A stretch of DNA of 6,199 bases from Amoebophrya sp. A120. Taxonomy: Eukaryota; Protista; Dinoflagellata. Shown piece after piece: positions 4,848 to 6,199 of this stretch; the first letter of the stretch is position 1; every line of letters begins with the position of its first letter. Made by a program: the position numbers and the translations under genes. Location: contig CAJINV010000022.1 of NCBI GenBank assembly GCA_905178155.1, positions 633,473-639,671 on the forward strand, given 5' to 3'. Under the pieces are notes generated by a model. That model searched no databases and was not told the DNA's origin. It saw nothing but the letters and a program-made list of their open reading frames with translations.

Positions 4848-6199
4848 ATGGTCGCCTTTTTGAAGAAAAAGATGCTCGGGTCAATGTTGGGCCCATGCAT
4901 GATCTTATTCAGCGCAGGAGCCCCTCGCTTCGCGCTGGCTGCCGCGCCAGGAGCAGCACCTTCTGGAGGTCGTGATATTTTTGCAGGAACCGGCCTAGAA
5001 GATACAGGCGCGCTTGAGGTTGTCGGGCGCAGGAGGCTATCAAGTGCAAAAATGTCTGGGTCGGGAAGAATGCAAGTTTGTCATGCTTGTCTCACATGAC
5101 TTTTGAATTTGTCATGCACATTACCCAAGAGCCCCATTTTTCTGTCATGCAGAAACGCAGTTTGTCATGCGGAATAGGCAACACCTAGAAGCTCAGGAAC
5201 TTGTCATGCTGAGCCAGCACCTGTGGCCTCCTCATGATACGCCACCCAGCATCACAAGTTTCCAGACCCAGACATTTTTGCATTTGGTAGAGGCCGGCGC
5301 CGGCCGCTGGCGAAGATGGTGGTCGCCCAACGAGATTTCTGCGCCGGACTTTTCCTTATCGTAAGGAAAAATCCCCCCTCCCCATATCAAAACGATGTTT
5401 CTGATGCTTGATTTGCGTACACAAATTAGATTTGTCTTGCTGGCGAGGACTGCAGGCCCATATCAAGCCTGAGTAGACAGGTTTGGGCCTAGGCGCTTAG
5501 CATGACAGACGTCTACGCTGTAGGAGCAACAGCATGACAAACCGCCTGTAGAATGTGGCGGAGCCTGTAGATTTGCCTTCATGCAATACAGCGACGATTT
5601 GTGGTCTCAAATCAGCATCACAAATTTTCAGGAGTGTCCCGGTTTGGTATGGGGAGGGGGGATTTTTCCTCACAATATTCCTGATCAGCATGCTAGTAGC
5701 GGGTCCAGCTTTTTATCCGACAGAAAAGTACGGACTTATGTTTACCTCAACACTGGAAAATCATTTATTGTGTTTGTCATGCAATTTTCAGCATCACAAA
5801 AAAATTCCTGTTGTCTGTTCAACATGGCAAGCTTTTTCGGTACATATCGTTATCCTCCCCATGCACATCGTGCATCACAAATGCGAATTCCGTTGTGCGG
5901 GGCGAAAAAGTATCGGCAAAATAGTTGTCTCTGCAAAGCAGAATTTTTAGCGGCACAAATTTTTGTTGAGCAAAACAAGTCACAAAACACAGATTTAGAT
6001 ATGTTTTTTTGCTGCCATGGCGATGGCCGTACTTTTCTGAATGATAATCTTCGACGACGCAGCCAGAGATCGGAATTGTGAATCCCAACAACCTGTGCTG
6101 GATGATCAGCTTGTCGCAGAGTTTGGTCTACATTCCGTCCCTGCACGAGGAAGCCGCGGCGGTGTGCGCGCGAAGAGATGAGGAGCAGCGATTGCTAGG
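4848..6199 (+). CDS. Gene 2 (3' end beyond window): ubiquitin-specific protease (USP, peptidase C19)-like protein with a signal-peptide-like N-terminus. Exons 4848-5037, 5295-5356, 5683-5713, 6052->6199.
   Basis: Removing three elements gives MVAFLKKKMLGSMLGPCMILFSAGAPRFALAAAP...VVGRRRPAPAAGEDGGRPTRFLRRTFPDQHASSGSSFSTTQPEIGIVNPNNLCWMISLSQSLVYIPSLHEE..., open to the window edge. GIVNPNNLCWMISLSQSLVYIP (6072-6137) fits the USP Cys box GLxNxGNTCYMNSxLQxLxxxP, with Cys at 6096-6098 and Asn five residues upstream. In unspliced DNA this frame is closed by TAA 6045-6047, with no ATG before the Cys. The His box is not in the window. The start could be ATG 4848, 4872 or 4884. Confidence 0.8.
5038..5289. 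mobile_element. Element E7 (252 bp), family A, inverted relative to E2: putative non-canonical intron 1 of gene 2
   Basis: Left TATCAAGTGCAAAAATGTCTGGGTCGGGAA versus reverse complement of right TACCAAATGCAAAAATGTCTGGGTCTGGAA (27/30). Perfect repeat GAGGC at 5033-5037 and 5290-5294. Removing 257 nt keeps the frame open. Confidence 0.92.
5357..5677. mobile_element. Element E8 (321 bp), family B, inverted relative to E5: putative non-canonical intron 2 of gene 2
   Basis: Left TATCGTAAGGAAAAATCCCCCCTCCCCATA versus reverse complement of right TATTGTGAGGAAAAATCCCCCCTCCCCATA (28/30). Perfect repeat TTCCT at 5352-5356 and 5678-5682. Removing 326 nt keeps the frame open. Confidence 0.92.
5714..6046. 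mobile_element. Element E9 (333 bp): putative non-canonical intron 3 of gene 2
   Basis: Left TATCCGACAGAAAAGTACGG versus reverse complement of right TATCATTCAGAAAAGTACGG (17/20). Degenerate flanks CTTTT (5709-5713) and ATCTT (6047-6051). Removing 338 nt joins the upstream exons in frame to the USP Cys box. Confidence 0.85.

Noticed and set aside
4824-5036. Minus-strand reading of gene 2 exon 1 (...ALNKIMHGPNIDPSIFFFKKATIILSVYYS*)
   Set aside because: The frame is open, but the + strand gives an ATG, a signal-like leader and an in-frame path to the USP Cys box.
926-5289. E2 and E7 as the inverted ends of one 4.4-kb composite transposon
   Set aside because: Each has its own TIRs and its own distinct 5-bp repeat (AAGCC versus GAGGC), the outer flanks do not match, and no transposase is evident between them.
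5333-5344. RFLR as an oomycete-type RxLR translocation motif
   Set aside because: It is a short motif that is common by chance, lies at residues 77-80, and has no following EER tract.
650-5364. Apparent paralogous ORFs 650-1048(-) and 5167-5364(+) sharing PPHDTPPSITSFQTQT
   Set aside because: The similarity is just translation of the non-coding E2/E7 repeat.
926-6046. CRISPR array, iteron origin or viral homologous-repeat region suggested by the recurring GCATGACA and repeats
   Set aside because: There is no regular repeat-spacer period and no cas, rep or viral gene. The repeats are explained as discrete TIR elements with target-site-like duplications inside genes.
313-6146. Remaining track ORFs as stand-alone genes (e.g. 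313-528-, 1027-1437-, 1031-1354+, 1733-2215+, 1920-2195-, 5555-5950+, 5850-6146-)
   Set aside because: They are antisense or off-frame shadows of the reconstructed exons, or read through element DNA, and have no recognisable domains.
413-6199. Ciliate germline DNA with internal eliminated sequences, or an alternative genetic code
   Set aside because: The reconstructed exons need no stop reassignment over more than 600 codons, and the DNA is not strongly AT-rich. DNA-level excision as a mechanism is still not excluded.

Overview
This is eukaryotic DNA, not bacterial, and most ORFs in the six-frame track are fragments or artefacts. Nine 166-338 bp elements (about 2.5 kb, ~41% of the window) interrupt two + strand genes. 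Each element runs 5'-TAT...ATA-3' (one ends GTA), has terminal inverted repeats (TIRs) usually beginning TAT-N7-AAA, and is flanked by a 5-bp direct repeat. Removing each element plus one repeat copy gives two continuous reading frames. Gene 1 (413-3588, 7 exons, 510 aa) has a signal-peptide-like N-terminus and unknown function. Gene 2 (4848 to window end, at least 4 exons) has a signal-peptide-like N-terminus and a USP/peptidase C19 deubiquitinase Cys box. No element has a GT-AG register. Two element families each occur in both orientations, and all nine elements share an internal GCAT(G/C/T)ACA motif that I did not find outside them. The architecture matches my recollection of the non-canonical introns ('introners') described in the parasitic dinoflagellate Amoebophrya (Syndiniales); that source assignment is an inference. 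All alignments and counts were done by hand.
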